Origin: Acidobacteriota bacterium
GTDB lineage: Bacteria > Acidobacteriota > Vicinamibacteria > Vicinamibacterales > UBA8438
Direction: 5' to 3'
Length of the DNA stretch: 44,862 nt
Assembly: GCA_026706755.1 (NCBI GenBank)
Contig: JAPOYG010000102.1
Coordinates: 1 to 44,862 of the forward strand
Shown: one piece after another, positions 28,641-39,092 of the stretch
How positions within the stretch are numbered: position 1 is the stretch's first letter
Layout: every line of letters begins with the position of its first letter
The notes under the pieces: generated by a model
Databases searched by the model: none
Told to the model about the DNA's origin: nothing
The model's input: only the letters and a program-made list of their open reading frames with translations
Made by a program: the position numbers and the translations under genes

Positions 28641-30284
28641 CTGGACCGCGAGACGCTCGACGTCGACGTGCTGATCGTCGGTGGAGGCCCCGCCGGCCTC
28701 GCCGCGGCCTACCGCCTTGCCACGCGCCACCGGGGCCCGGGCGGCGACCCTCCGGTGGTCGCCGTGCTCGAGAAGTCCCGCGAAGCGGGCGCCCACATGC
28801 TGTCCGGGGCCGTGCTCGACCCGTCGGCGCTGACGGATCTGATGCCGGACTGGCGGTCGCGCGGGGCGCCGGTGGAGGTTCCGGTCACCGAGGACCGCAT
28901 CTACTTCCTGACCGAGCGCCGCCGGATTCCGTTTCCCGTCACGCCGCCCCCGCTCCGCAATCACGGTAATTACGTCATCTCGCTCAACCGCCTCGTGCGC
29001 TGGCTGGCCGGGCAGGTCGAGGCGGCCGGCGTCGACATCTTCGCGGGGTTCGCCGGTGCCGAGCTCCTGTACGAGGGGGACCGCGTGGTCGGGGTCCGCA
29101 CCGGGGACCGCGGCATCGACCGCGAAGGGAACCGCAAGGCGACGTTCGAGCCGGGGGTCGACATCCGCGCCCAGGTCACCGTGCTGGCCGACGGGGTGCG
29201 CGGCAACCTGACCAAGTCCCTCGTCGAACGCTTCCGGCTCGACGGGGGACGGCTGCCTCAGGTGTACGCGGTCGGGATCAAGGAGCTGTGGGACGTTCCT
29301 GCCGGTCGCCTGCCGGCCGGGGCCGTCATCCACACCCTGGGCTACCCGCTGCCGCACGAGCAGTTCGGGGGCGGGTTCCTCTACGCGCTCCCCGACGGCG
29401 CCCTGTCGGTCGGCTTCGTCGCCGGGCTCGACTACCGCGACCCCGGGTTCGACCCGCACTCCGCGTTCCAGCGCTTCAAGCGCCACCCTCTCGTGGCCGG
29501 CCTGCTGGCCGGCGGCGAGATGGTCCGCTACGGGGCGAAGGCCCTGCCGGAGGGAGGCTGGCACGCGATTCCGCGCTGTCACGTCGACGGCGCCCTGATC
29601 GTCGGCGATGCGGCCGGCTTCCTGAACTCGATGCGGCTCAAGGGCATTCACCTTGCAATGCAGAGCGGCATCGCCGCCGCGGATGCCGCCCTCGATGCTC
29701 TGGAGGCCTGGGACACGTCGGCCGAACGTCTCGCCCGCTACGCCGCGCTCGTCGAGTCGGGTCCGATCCGGCGCGAGCTCCATCCGGTGCGCAACGTGCA
29801 CCAGGCCTTCGCGGGCGGACTCCTGCCCGGGCTGCTCTACTCCGGCCTGTCGCTGGTGACCGGCGGCTGGTGGATCCGCGATCCGATGCCGGCGCACCCC
29901 GGGCACCAACGGATGCAGCACGTCCGGGGAGAGCGCTCTGCCGCGCCCGACGCCGTGCCGGTCGACCGCCGGCTGACGTTCGACAAGCTGACCAACGTCC
30001 ACTATTCCGGCACGCGGCACGACGAGGACCAGCCGTCGCACCTGCTGGTCCAGGATACGGACGTGTGCCGGACGCGCTGCCGCGAGGAGTACGGCAATCC
30101 GTGCACGCGCTTCTGCCCGGCGGCCGTCTACGAGATGGTGGACGCCCGTGGGGGCGGCAAGCGGTTGCAGATCAACGCCTCGAACTGCGTCCACTGCAAG
30201 ACGTGCGACATCATGGACCCGTATCAGATCATCGACTGGGTCCCGCCCGAGGGGGGCGGCGGCCCCCGCTACGAAGGCATGTGA
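28641..30284 (+). CDS. ETF:(mena)quinone oxidoreductase (FAD, 4Fe-4S)
   Basis: DVLIVGGGPAG, GAHMLSGA, GIKELW, RLKGIHLAM, RFCPAAVYE, NCVHCKTCDI, WVPPEGGGGP. Homology begins upstream of the first canonical start (GTG 28668), so CTG 28641 is proposed. Confidence 0.9.
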   Translation: MDRETLDVDVLIVGGGPAGLAAAYRLATRHRGPGGDPPVVAVLEKSREAGAHMLSGAVLDPSALTDLMPDWRSRGAPVEVPVTEDRIYFLTERRRIPFPVTPPPLRNHGNYVISLNRLVRWLAGQVEAAGVDIFAGFAGAELLYEGDRVVGVRTGDRGIDREGNRKATFEPGVDIRAQVTVLADGVRGNLTKSLVERFRLDGGRLPQVYAVGIKELWDVPAGRLPAGAVIHTLGYPLPHEQFGGGFLYALPDGALSVGFVAGLDYRDPGFDPHSAFQRFKRHPLVAGLLAGGEMVRYGAKALPEGGWHAIPRCHVDGALIVGDAAGFLNSMRLKGIHLAMQSGIAAADAALDALEAWDTSAERLARYAALVESGPIRRELHPVRNVHQAFAGGLLPGLLYSGLSLVTGGWWIRDPMPAHPGHQRMQHVRGERSAAPDAVPVDRRLTFDKLTNVHYSGTRHDEDQPSHLLVQDTDVCRTRCREEYGNPCTRFCPAAVYEMVDARGGGKRLQINASNCVHCKTCDIMDPYQIIDWVPPEGGGGPRYEGM

Positions 30285-30967
30285 GCCCGCCGGCCGGCAC
30301 GACGCGGCTGACGCGGAGCCAGCGAGCGCAGGCTGCGGCCATCGCGGCAGCCGGCTATCCGACCGTCGCCCTGCTGGGACGGTCGCTGCGCTGGACCGTC
30401 CGCGGCTACGAACACTACGAGGCCCTCGAACGAGCGGGCCAACCGCCGATTTTCGCGTTCTGGCACGGGCGCATTCTCGCGGCAACCTACTTCTGGCGGC
30501 GGCGCGGCATCGTCGTGATGACCAGCGCGAACTTCGACGGCGAGTGGATCGCGCGCATCATCGAGCGGTTCGGGTACGGGACGGCCCGGGGTTCCACCTC
30601 CCGCGACGGTCGCCGGGCCCTGGCCCAGCTCCGGCGCGACATGCAGGCGGGGCGCCCGGCCGCGTTCACCGTCGACGGCCCCCGCGGCCCCGCGCGGTCG
30701 GTCCAGCCGGGGGCCGTCTGGCTGGCGCGGCTGACGGGGCAGCCGATTCTGCCGTTCCACATCGAGGCGTCCCCGTGCTGGACCGTACGGAGCTGGGATC
30801 GGGCCCAGGTGCCGAAGCCGTTCGCCCGCGCCGCGATCGTCGTGGGGCAACCCATTCCCGCGCCGCCGGCGAGCGAGGAGCGGATCGAGACGACGAGGCT
30901 GGAGCTCGAGCGGGCGTTGCACGGCGCCGCGCGCCGCGCGCTGGCGTTGATGGGCCGGGACGCCTGA
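30281..30967 (+). CDS. DUF374 lysophospholipid acyltransferase-family protein (LpxJ-like)
   Basis: GTG overlaps the ETF:QO stop. FAFWHG, S.NFDGEWIA, RGSTSRDG, TVDGPRGP, SWDR..VPKPF. Confidence 0.85.
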   Translation: MSPPAGTTRLTRSQRAQAAAIAAAGYPTVALLGRSLRWTVRGYEHYEALERAGQPPIFAFWHGRILAATYFWRRRGIVVMTSANFDGEWIARIIERFGYGTARGSTSRDGRRALAQLRRDMQAGRPAAFTVDGPRGPARSVQPGAVWLARLTGQPILPFHIEASPCWTVRSWDRAQVPKPFARAAIVVGQPIPAPPASEERIETTRLELERALHGAARRALALMGRDA

Positions 30968-30982
30968 GACAAGGGGGCCGAA

Positions 30983-32017
30983 GTGGCGAGGGATGACGTG
31001 TTGGTGGTCGGGTCGGAGCGCTTCCGCGATCACGCGACGCCGGCCGGACATCCGGAGCGTCCGGATCGGGCGGAGGTGATGACGGCGGTCGTCTCGCGCT
31101 GGCGGACCGGCGGCGGCCGCACTGTCGAACCCGCACCTGCAACGGATGCCGCCCTCGAGCGCGTGCACGCGTCTCCCTACGTCCGATCGATCGGCGCGAC
31201 GGCCGGACGCAGGGTGCGACTCGACCCGGACACGTACGCCGCGCCGGAGTCGGAGGCGGTGGCCCGGCTCGCGGCCGGGGCGGCGCTCGCGGCGGTCGAT
31301 CACGCCCTCGACCGCGACGCGATTGGGCTGGCTCTGGTCCGGCCCCCCGGTCACCACGCGGAGCGCGAGCGGGCGATGGGCTTCTGCCTCTACAACAACG
31401 CGGCCGTCGCCGCGGCCCACGCGCTGGACCGAGGCCTCGAACGGGTCGCCGTCGTCGACTACGACGTGCATCACGGCAACGGCACGCAGTGGATCTTCTA
31501 CGACGATCCGCGGGTGCTCTACCTGTCCACGCACCAGTACCCGTTCTATCCCGGCACGGGGGCGGCGGACGACGTCGGGCGCGGGGACGGGGCGGGGTTC
31601 ACGGTCAACATCCCGCTCGCGGCGGGCGCCGGCGACGCGGACCTCGATCGCGTCTTTCGCGAAGTGGCGGTGCCGGTCCTGGCGGCCTACGAGCCCGAGC
31701 TGATCGTGCTGTCGGCGGGGTACGACGCGCACGCGGACGATCCACTGGGTGGGATGCGCGTGACCACCGGCGGGTTCGCGACGCTCGACCGCCGCCTGCG
31801 CGCGGTCGCGGAGCGGAGCTGCCGCGGGCGGATGGCCGTCGTCACGGAAGGGGGCTACGACCTGGCCGCCCTCGAAGCCTGCCTGGAAGGCACCCTGGAG
31901 GTGGCCGCGGGCGCGCCCCCCGGGGCAATCCCCGGCGTGGAGGGAGCCAGCCCCGCGGCGGAGGCGGCCCTGGCGGCCGTCCGGCCGGCGCTCCGGGCCT
32001 TTTGGCCTACACTATGA
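30983..32017 (+). CDS. Histone deacetylase-family Zn-dependent deacylase
   Basis: HPERPDR, RPPGHHA, MGFCLYNN, DYDVHHGNGTQ, SAGYDAH, EGGY. Confidence 0.92.
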   Translation: MARDDVLVVGSERFRDHATPAGHPERPDRAEVMTAVVSRWRTGGGRTVEPAPATDAALERVHASPYVRSIGATAGRRVRLDPDTYAAPESEAVARLAAGAALAAVDHALDRDAIGLALVRPPGHHAERERAMGFCLYNNAAVAAAHALDRGLERVAVVDYDVHHGNGTQWIFYDDPRVLYLSTHQYPFYPGTGAADDVGRGDGAGFTVNIPLAAGAGDADLDRVFREVAVPVLAAYEPELIVLSAGYDAHADDPLGGMRVTTGGFATLDRRLRAVAERSCRGRMAVVTEGGYDLAALEACLEGTLEVAAGAPPGAIPGVEGASPAAEAALAAVRPALRAFWPTL

Positions 32018-32171
32018 GTTGACGGCGGCACGCCGGCGCCGCTCCGGCGCCGCCGGGAGCTTGCGCCGCAGAACGCAACGGTCGTGAGCCCTGCGGCGCA
32101 AGCTCCTGGAACGGTGGGGGCTGGGGCCGAACACGGAGCCCGCGACGGGTTCGGCGGCGCCACCGACTCCA

Positions 32172-34778
32172 GTGCGCGACTACGACCCGCAGGCCATCGA
32201 ACGGAAGTGGCAGCGGCGGTGGTCCGAGGAGCGGGCGTTCGAGGTCAGCGAGGACCCGACCCGCCCCAAGTACTACTGCCTCGTGATGTTCGCCTATCCG
32301 TCCGGCCACGCGCACGTCGGTCACGTCCGCAACTACATGATCGGCGACGTGATCGCCCGCATGAAGCGGATGCGGGGCTGCAACGTGCTGCATCCGTTCG
32401 GCTGGGACGCGTTCGGCATGCCGGCCGAGAACGCGGCGATCAAGAACGAGTCGCATCCGGAACGCTGGACCCGCGCGAACATCGCGCACATGAAGAGCCA
32501 GCTCCAGCGCCTCGGCATCGGGTATGCGTGGGAGCGCGAGATCGCCACGTGCGACCGCGAGTACTACCGCTGGAACCAGTGGCTGTTCCTGAAGATGTAC
32601 GAGCGCGGTCTCGCCTATCGCAAGCGCTCGTCCGTCAACTGGTGCCCCGACTGCCGGACCGTGCTGGCCAACGAGCAGGTGGTGGACGAGGGGTGCTGGC
32701 GCTGCGGCGCCGGGGTGGAGGCGCGCGAACTCGAGCAGTGGTTCCTGCGCATAACGCACTACGCGGAAGAGTTGCTCGAACGCATCGGGAAGCTCGAGGC
32801 CTGGCCCCGCAAGGTGCTCACGATGCAGCAGAACTGGATCGGGCGATCGGAGGGGGCCCGGGTCCGGTTCGATCTTCTCGCCGTCGACGGATCGGACGGT
32901 TCCGCAAACGATGCGATCGAGGTCTTCACGACGCGGATCGACACCATCCACGGCGCCACGTTCGTGCTGCTTGCGCCGGAGCATCCGCTCGTCGAGCGGC
33001 TGGCGGCCGAAAGCTCCGACCGCGAGGGCTTTCGGGACCGCGTCGGACGGTTCCGAGCCCTCGATCGCATGGCCCGCCTGACCGGGCAGCTCGAGAAGGA
33101 GGGCTTCGATACCGGGCGGCGGGCACGCAACCCCTTCACCGGCGAGGCGGTTCCGATCTGGATCGCGAACTTCGTCCTGGCCGACTACGGGACCGGCGCG
33201 ATCATGGCCGTGCCGGCTCACGACCAGCGCGATTTCGAGTTCGCGCGCAAGTACGGACTGCCGGTGCGGGTGGTGATTCAGCCGGAGGAAGGACCGGAGC
33301 TGGCGGGGGAGACGCTCGAGGAAGCCTCGGCGGCGCCGGGGAGGGCGGTTGCCTCGGGCGAGTTCTCGGGGCTGTCGAGCGCGGAGGCCGTCCAGGCCAT
33401 GACGCGCGCGGCGGAGGCCCGGGACATCGGTCGTGGCGAGATCCAGTACCGCCTGAAGGACTGGGGAATCTCCCGGCAGCGCTACTGGGGCACGCCGATC
33501 CCGATCGTCTTCTGTGACGCGTGCGGAGTCTGCCCGGTGCCGTACGAGGATCTCCCGGTGGTGCTGCCCGATGTCGAGGTCTTCACGGGGCGCGGCGACT
33601 CGCCGCTCGGGCAGGTGCCGGAGTTCGTGTCGGCGCGGTGTCCGAGCTGCGGGGGGGAGGCGCGGCGAGAGACGGACACCATGGACACGTTCGTCGACTC
33701 CTCCTGGTACTTCTACCGCTTCTGCGACCCGCAGAACCACGGCGCGCCGTTCAGTCCGGAGTCCGTGCGGTACTGGGCCCCGGTGGACTTCTACATCGGG
33801 GGCGTCGAGCACGCCATTCTCCATCTCATCTATTCGCGCTTCGTGTGCAGCGTGATGCGGGACCTCGGTCTGGTGACCCACGACGAGCCGTTCACGCGGC
33901 TGCTGACCCAGGGCATGGTGCTGCGCAACGGTGCGGTCATGTCGAAGTCCAAGGGGAACGTCGTCGATCCGGACGAGATGATCGCGACCTACGGCGCGGA
34001 TGCCCTGCGGCTCTACGAGATGTTCGTGGCCCCCCCGGAGAAGGAGATCGAGTGGACGGACGCGGGGCTCGAGGGGAGCGCGCGCTTTCTCGGTCGCGTC
34101 TGGCGCCTGGTGATGCCGTTCGCGGCGGCGTTCTCATCCGGTGCCGGCAAGGCGGCGGAAGTCGGCGGCTCGGCATCCCCGCTGCAGCGCGGGGAGGCGG
34201 AACGGGCGCTGCGGCGCAAGACGCACGAGACGATCCGCCGGGTCTCGGACGATCTCGACCCGCGGGTGCACCTCAACACCGCTGTTTCCGCGCTCATGGA
34301 ACTGGTCAACGAAACCTACGCGTACTGCGAGCGGACGCGGCTCGGACCGTTCGCCGCCGCTCCGGACGAGACGGTGCCGCCCCCGGAGACGCCGGCGGGA
34401 GCCCTCGGCACGGTGCGCGAGGCGGTCGAGGCGCTGATTCTGATGCTGGCGCCGTTCACGCCGCATCTCGCCGAGGAGCTCTGGGAGTCGATCGGACAGG
34501 CGGGCGGCGTCACCGCGGCGGGCTGGCCGGCGTTCGATCCCGAGATCGCGCGCGCGGAAGAGGTAGAGCTTCCGGTGCAGGTCAACGGGAAGGTGCGCGC
34601 CCACCTGACCGTGCCGCTGGAGACGCCGGAGGCGGAGGTGCGGCGTCTGGCGCTCGCCGATCCCCACGTGGAAGCGCGAACGTCCGGCCAGCAGGTGGTC
34701 CGCGTCATCGTGGTGCCGCGCCGCCTCGTCAACGTCGTGACCCGACCGGCGCCCGCGGAGCGGGCGGGAGAGCACTGA
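32172..34778 (+). CDS. leuS: Leucine--tRNA ligase
   Basis: [16 protein letters not shown] (HIGH), [15 protein letters not shown] editing motif, [19 protein letters not shown] (KMSKS), VQVNGKVR. Confidence 0.97.
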   Translation: MRDYDPQAIERKWQRRWSEERAFEVSEDPTRPKYYCLVMFAYPSGHAHVGHVRNYMIGDVIARMKRMRGCNVLHPFGWDAFGMPAENAAIKNESHPERWTRANIAHMKSQLQRLGIGYAWEREIATCDREYYRWNQWLFLKMYERGLAYRKRSSVNWCPDCRTVLANEQVVDEGCWRCGAGVEARELEQWFLRITHYAEELLERIGKLEAWPRKVLTMQQNWIGRSEGARVRFDLLAVDGSDGSANDAIEVFTTRIDTIHGATFVLLAPEHPLVERLAAESSDREGFRDRVGRFRALDRMARLTGQLEKEGFDTGRRARNPFTGEAVPIWIANFVLADYGTGAIMAVPAHDQRDFEFARKYGLPVRVVIQPEEGPELAGETLEEASAAPGRAVASGEFSGLSSAEAVQAMTRAAEARDIGRGEIQYRLKDWGISRQRYWGTPIPIVFCDACGVCPVPYEDLPVVLPDVEVFTGRGDSPLGQVPEFVSARCPSCGGEARRETDTMDTFVDSSWYFYRFCDPQNHGAPFSPESVRYWAPVDFYIGGVEHAILHLIYSRFVCSVMRDLGLVTHDEPFTRLLTQGMVLRNGAVMSKSKGNVVDPDEMIATYGADALRLYEMFVAPPEKEIEWTDAGLEGSARFLGRVWRLVMPFAAAFSSGAGKAAEVGGSASPLQRGEAERALRRKTHETIRRVSDDLDPRVHLNTAVSALMELVNETYAYCERTRLGPFAAAPDETVPPPETPAGALGTVREAVEALILMLAPFTPHLAEELWESIGQAGGVTAAGWPAFDPEIARAEEVELPVQVNGKVRAHLTVPLETPEAEVRRLALADPHVEARTSGQQVVRVIVVPRRLVNVVTRPAPAERAGEH

Positions 34779-35353
34779 TGCCAAAGACTACAAGGGCGCG
34801 GACCGGCCGGCGGGCTCCCGCGGCACCGAGCGCGGCGGTCGTCCTGCTGTTCGCGCTCGGTTGCACCTCGTGCGGCTACACGCTGGCGGGGCGCGGCTCG
34901 TTCCTTCCCGAGTACATCGAGACCATCGGCATTCCGACGTTCGAGAACCGGACTCCGGTCTTCGAGGTCGAGCGGCTGCTCACGCAGGAGGTCCGAACCG
35001 CGTTCATCGGGCGGGGCTCCTACCGCGTCCAGACGGACGAGTCGGGCGCCCAGGCGCGGCTGTCGGGGAGCATCAACAACATCACCATCCAGCCGGCGAG
35101 CTTCAGCGCCGAGCAGCAGGCGTCTCGCTACGTGCTGACCCTCACCGCCTCGATCGAGTTCGTCGATCTGACCACGAACGAGGTGATCTGGAGCAACACC
35201 AGCCTCATCTTCAGCGAAGAGTACGACGTGGCCTCGGGGGCCGGCGACGTTTCCAACGCTTCGGCGTTCTTCGGACAGCGGAGCAACGCGGTCGAGCGCA
35301 TGGCAACCGACTTCGCGACGACCGTCGTCAGCTCCATCCTGGAGGCGTTCTAG
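34778..35353 (+). CDS. lptE: LPS assembly lipoprotein LptE-like
   Basis: ATG overlaps the leuS stop. Lipobox-like TSCGYTL and IPTFENRT. Conserved leuS-lptE-holA order. Confidence 0.82.
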   Translation: MPKTTRARTGRRAPAAPSAAVVLLFALGCTSCGYTLAGRGSFLPEYIETIGIPTFENRTPVFEVERLLTQEVRTAFIGRGSYRVQTDESGAQARLSGSINNITIQPASFSAEQQASRYVLTLTASIEFVDLTTNEVIWSNTSLIFSEEYDVASGAGDVSNASAFFGQRSNAVERMATDFATTVVSSILEAF

Positions 35354-35356
35354 AGC

Positions 35357-36364
35357 TTGCGCCGCAGCACGCTCACTCCCCGCGCGCTCCGCGAGCGCCT
35401 CGCGTCCGGCGAGGCGGTGCCGATCTGCGTCCTGCTCGGCGACGACGAGCACGAGAAGACGGCGCTCGCGGCCGAGTTCGAGGCCACCGTCGACGCCGGC
35501 CTGCGCGCCTTCGACTGCGAACGCTTCCACGGGGGCGAGGGATCGCTTGCGGCGGTCCTGGACGCGGCGCGTACGCTGCCGATGATGGCGCCGCGGCGGG
35601 TGGTCGTGGCCCTGCACGCCGAGCGCTGGCTGCAGCCGAAACGGGAGACCCGCGCGGCGGTGGAAGACCTCGCGGCACTCGAAGCCTACGTCGCGGCCCC
35701 GGCTGCTCATACAGCGCTGGTCCTGGTCGCGGCCGGGCTCAACGAGCAGCGCCGCGCGAGCAAGCGGCTCCTGGCCGGGGCGACGGTCGTCCGCTGCGAA
35801 GGGGTGGGCACCGTGGCGGACGCGCAGCGCTGGATCCTGGCGCGGCTGCGCGAGAGCGGCAAGCAGGTCGAACCGGCGGCCGCGCGGGTCCTGGGGGCGA
35901 TGGTCGGACCCGACATCGGCCGCCTGCGGCGCGAGGTGGACCGACTCCTCCTCTATGCCGCCGCGCAACCGGCGGTGACCGTCGACGACGTCGCGGCCGT
36001 AGCCGGGCCGCCGGTGGCCCACGACGACTGGGCGGTGACCCGCGCCATCGAGCGAGGGGCGGCGGACGTGGCGCTGCGCGAGGTAGGGCTGGCCTTCGAA
36101 GCCGGTGCGGTGCCGCAGATGCTGCTCGGAAAGCTGGCCTGGGTGGCGCGGTCGAAGCTGCCCCCGGCCCGCGTGCCCGCGGCGATAGACGCCGTGTTCC
36201 GCACCGACAGCGACCTGAAGCGCTCCGCGGGCGAGCCGCGCCTGTTGATAGAGCGACTGATTGCCGAGCTCTGCGGAGCGGGCGGGGAACGGCCGCGCGG
36301 CGATGCGAGACGGAGCGGCGGACGGGGCAGCCGGTTCGAGCGCCGGCCCCAACGCCGAGGCTAG
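35357..36364 (+). CDS. holA: DNA polymerase III delta subunit
   Basis: TTG start. PICVLLGDDE, ARTLPMMAPRRVV, GPDIGRLRREVDRL, TDSDLK. Synteny with leuS-lptE. Confidence 0.88.
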   Translation: MRRSTLTPRALRERLASGEAVPICVLLGDDEHEKTALAAEFEATVDAGLRAFDCERFHGGEGSLAAVLDAARTLPMMAPRRVVVALHAERWLQPKRETRAAVEDLAALEAYVAAPAAHTALVLVAAGLNEQRRASKRLLAGATVVRCEGVGTVADAQRWILARLRESGKQVEPAAARVLGAMVGPDIGRLRREVDRLLLYAAAQPAVTVDDVAAVAGPPVAHDDWAVTRAIERGAADVALREVGLAFEAGAVPQMLLGKLAWVARSKLPPARVPAAIDAVFRTDSDLKRSAGEPRLLIERLIAELCGAGGERPRGDARRSGGRGSRFERRPQRRG

Positions 36365-36379
36365 AAGGCGGCGCCGTGA

Positions 36380-36661
36380 TCAGACGCCGGCGAGGCGCCG
36401 GTTGAGACGGGCCTTGTAGCGGGACGCCGTGTTGACGTGGATGATTCCCTTGCCCGCCAGCCGGTCGATCAGCGAGACGGTCGAGCGGAACTGATCGCGC
36501 AGCGCGTCCGTCGCGCCCCCGCCGTCCTCGGTTGCTGCAGCATCCATCGCCGCGCGCATCGACCTGAGGGCCCGGCGCATGCGGCTGCGGTACTGGCGGT
36601 TGCGGTCGCGGCGCTGGAGGCTGCGACGGTGGGCCTTGACTGCCGACTTGTGATTCGCCAT
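36380..36661 (-). CDS. rpsT: 30S ribosomal protein S20
   Basis: [10 protein letters not shown]....[28 protein letters not shown]. True ATG is at 36661. Confidence 0.96.
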   Translation of the reverse strand: MANHKSAVKAHRRSLQRRDRNRQYRSRMRRALRSMRAAMDAAATEDGGGATDALRDQFRSTVSLIDRLAGKGIIHVNTASRYKARLNRRLAGV

Positions 36662-36670
36662 CGAGCGCTG

Positions 36671-36700
36671 ACTATACTGAAAACCCGAGACCACGGGCAA
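36671..36700 (-). promoter_or_regulatory. Sigma70 promoter for rpsT, overlapping an opposite-strand -10
   Basis: Minus strand TTGCCC-18 nt-TATAGT, 9 nt from the ATG. Plus strand TATACT at 36673-36678. Confidence 0.6.
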
Positions 36701-36723
36701 ACTCTACGCAGGAGCGCGGCAGG

Positions 36724-38661
36724 ATGTCGGAGACGTCGGAACGCACCACGCACACCTTCCAGACCGAGGCCCGTCAGCTCCTCGATCTGATGATCCACTC
36801 CCTCTACTCGAACAAGGAGATCTTCCTGCGCGAGCTGGTCTCGAACGCTTCGGATGCGTGCGACAAGCTGCGCTTCGAGGCGCTCACGGAGCCGGCCCTC
36901 CTCGACGACGACCCGGACCTGGCGATCCACGTCGAGGTGGACGCGGACGCACGCACCATCACCGTCCGCGACAACGGGGTGGGCATGTCGCGCCAGGAGG
37001 TGATCGACGACATCGGCACGATCGCGAAGTCGGGGACGCGGGAGTTCGTCGAGCGGCTGACCGGCGACCGGGCGGCGGACGCCCGGCTCATCGGTCAGTT
37101 CGGCGTCGGGTTCTACTCCTCGTTCATCGTGGCGCAACGGGTCGTGCTGACGACGCGGCGGACGGGGCTCGCGGCCGGGGACGGGGTCCGGTGGGAGAGT
37201 GCGGGCCAGGGAGACTACACGATCGAGCCGGCGGTCCGCGAGGCGCGCGGGACGGAGGTGACGCTGCATCTCCGGGAGGGCGAGGACGAGCTCCTCGACG
37301 GCGCGCGGCTGCGCGCGGTGCTCCGGAAGTACTCGGATCACATCACCATCCCGATCCTGATGCGGAAGGAGGAGGTGGCCGGCCGGCAGGCGGATACCGG
37401 GGCCGTCGACACCACCGAGCGGGTGAACCAGGCTTCCGCACTGTGGGCACGGCCCAAGGCCGACATCACCGAGGCGCAGTACCACGAGTTCTACAAGCAC
37501 GTCGCGCACGACTTCGAGCCGCCCCTGGCGCACACCCACTCCCGGGTGGAGGGGAGGCAGGAGTTCACGCTCCTCCTCTTCGTCCCGCGGCGGGCTCCGT
37601 TCGACCTGTGGGACCGCGACGAGCGCCACGGCATCAAGCTCTACGTGCGCCGGGTGTTCATCATGGACGGCGCGACGGAATTGATGCCGCCCTGGCTCCG
37701 CTTCGTGCGGGGCATCATCGATTCGAACGACCTGCCGCTGAACGTGTCGCGCGAGATCCTGCAGGACTCCCGCGACGTCGAGGCGATCCGCGGCGCGGGC
37801 GTCAAGCGGGTGCTCGGGCTGCTCGAGGAGCTGGCCGCGGACCAGCCGGACCGCTACGCGGATTTCTGGCGCGAGTTCGGGCGCGTCCTGAAGGAAGGCG
37901 TCGGACAGGACCCGGGCAACCAGGAGCGCATCGCGAAGCTCCTGCGATTCGCGTCGACCCACACGGACCGGCCCGATCAGACGGTAGCGCTCGCCGACTA
38001 CCTCGCCCGTGCGAAGGAGGGGCAGGAGAAGATCTTCTACGTCACCGCGGAGAGCTTCTCGGCGGCCCGCAGCAGCCCGCACCTGGAGGTCTTCCGCAAG
38101 AACGGCATCGAGGTGCTGCTGCTGCACGACCGGGTCGACGAATGGGTCGTGACCCACCTCGGATCCTTCGAGGGCAAGCCGCTGCAGTCGGTTGCGCAGG
38201 GCGATCTCGACCTCGGGGCGCTGGCCGGGGACGAGGAAGGTGCCCGGCGCGCGCCCGTGGACGACTACCAGCCGGTCGTCGAGCGGATGCGAAAGGTGCT
38301 CGGCGAGAAGGCGAAGGAGGTGCGGATCTCGGACCGGCTCACCGAGTCGCCGGCCTGCCTGGTGACGGATCAGGACGGGATGAGCGCCAATCTGGGGCGC
38401 CTGCTCCGGGCGGCGGGGCAGGATGTGCCCAACCTGCCGCTGATCCTGGAGATCAACCCGGGCCACCCTATCGTGACCCGCCTGACCGCCGAGACCGACG
38501 ACGCGCAGTTCGCCGACTGGAGCCACATCCTCTTCGACCAGGCGATGCTCGCCGAAGGCGGGCAACTCGACGATCCGGCGGGATTCGTCAAGCGTCTGAA
38601 CAGCCTGATGCTGACCTTGGCGGGGGAGCCGACGTCGCGCATCTGGACGCCGGGAGGGTAG
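36724..38661 (+). CDS. htpG: Chaperone HtpG (Hsp90)
   Basis: [65 protein letters not shown]. Confidence 0.97.
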   Translation: MSETSERTTHTFQTEARQLLDLMIHSLYSNKEIFLRELVSNASDACDKLRFEALTEPALLDDDPDLAIHVEVDADARTITVRDNGVGMSRQEVIDDIGTIAKSGTREFVERLTGDRAADARLIGQFGVGFYSSFIVAQRVVLTTRRTGLAAGDGVRWESAGQGDYTIEPAVREARGTEVTLHLREGEDELLDGARLRAVLRKYSDHITIPILMRKEEVAGRQADTGAVDTTERVNQASALWARPKADITEAQYHEFYKHVAHDFEPPLAHTHSRVEGRQEFTLLLFVPRRAPFDLWDRDERHGIKLYVRRVFIMDGATELMPPWLRFVRGIIDSNDLPLNVSREILQDSRDVEAIRGAGVKRVLGLLEELAADQPDRYADFWREFGRVLKEGVGQDPGNQERIAKLLRFASTHTDRPDQTVALADYLARAKEGQEKIFYVTAESFSAARSSPHLEVFRKNGIEVLLLHDRVDEWVVTHLGSFEGKPLQSVAQGDLDLGALAGDEEGARRAPVDDYQPVVERMRKVLGEKAKEVRISDRLTESPACLVTDQDGMSANLGRLLRAAGQDVPNLPLILEINPGHPIVTRLTAETDDAQFADWSHILFDQAMLAEGGQLDDPAGFVKRLNSLMLTLAGEPTSRIWTPGG

Positions 38662-38710
38662 GTGGACTCTCTCGCGCAGACTCCCGGCGCGCGCACGAGG
38701 GCGCGCGGCG

Positions 38711-39025
38711 TCAGCCTCCGCCCTCGGCATCGCCGCCGCGGATGCGGGCGATTCTCCGGTCGCGCTCGGTCGCGTAGCGGGCGAGGTCCCGCCGGTGGTT
38801 GGCCTGGAGCTCCTCGCGTGCCTCGGGCTCGAACGTCGTGGCGAGGGCCGAGTTGAGCAGGATCTCGCACTCGGCGACCTGTGCGGCGTAGGTGCTGCGC
38901 GCCTCGGCGATGGCCGCCACCTGGTCGTCGGAGAGCGCTACGGCCTCCACGCCGGCGGCTTCGTCCTGTCGCCTGAGCTTCTCCATCGCCAGCTCGAAGG
39001 CGCTCTTCGGGGCTCCGTCTGACAC
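38711..39025 (-). CDS. Hypothetical helical protein (104 aa)
   Basis: GTG at 39025 after a GAGGAG SD. MSDGAPKSAFELAMEKLR..., coiled-coil-like, typical codon use. Confidence 0.7.
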   Translation of the reverse strand: MSDGAPKSAFELAMEKLRRQDEAAGVEAVALSDDQVAAIAEARSTYAAQVAECEILLNSALATTFEPEAREELQANHRRDLARYATERDRRIARIRGGDAEGGG

Positions 39026-39092
39026 GTCGGACTCCTCTGCGCAGCCGCGGGGTGCCGAAAAACCGCGGCTACTATGGCAGAGGGAGAAGCCG

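Noticed and set aside
32018-32171. Possible T-box or attenuator leader upstream of leuS
   Set aside because: Only generic GC-rich hairpins. No T-box consensus, Leu-rich leader peptide or U-tailed terminator is visible, and TTGACG at 32019 has no matching -10.
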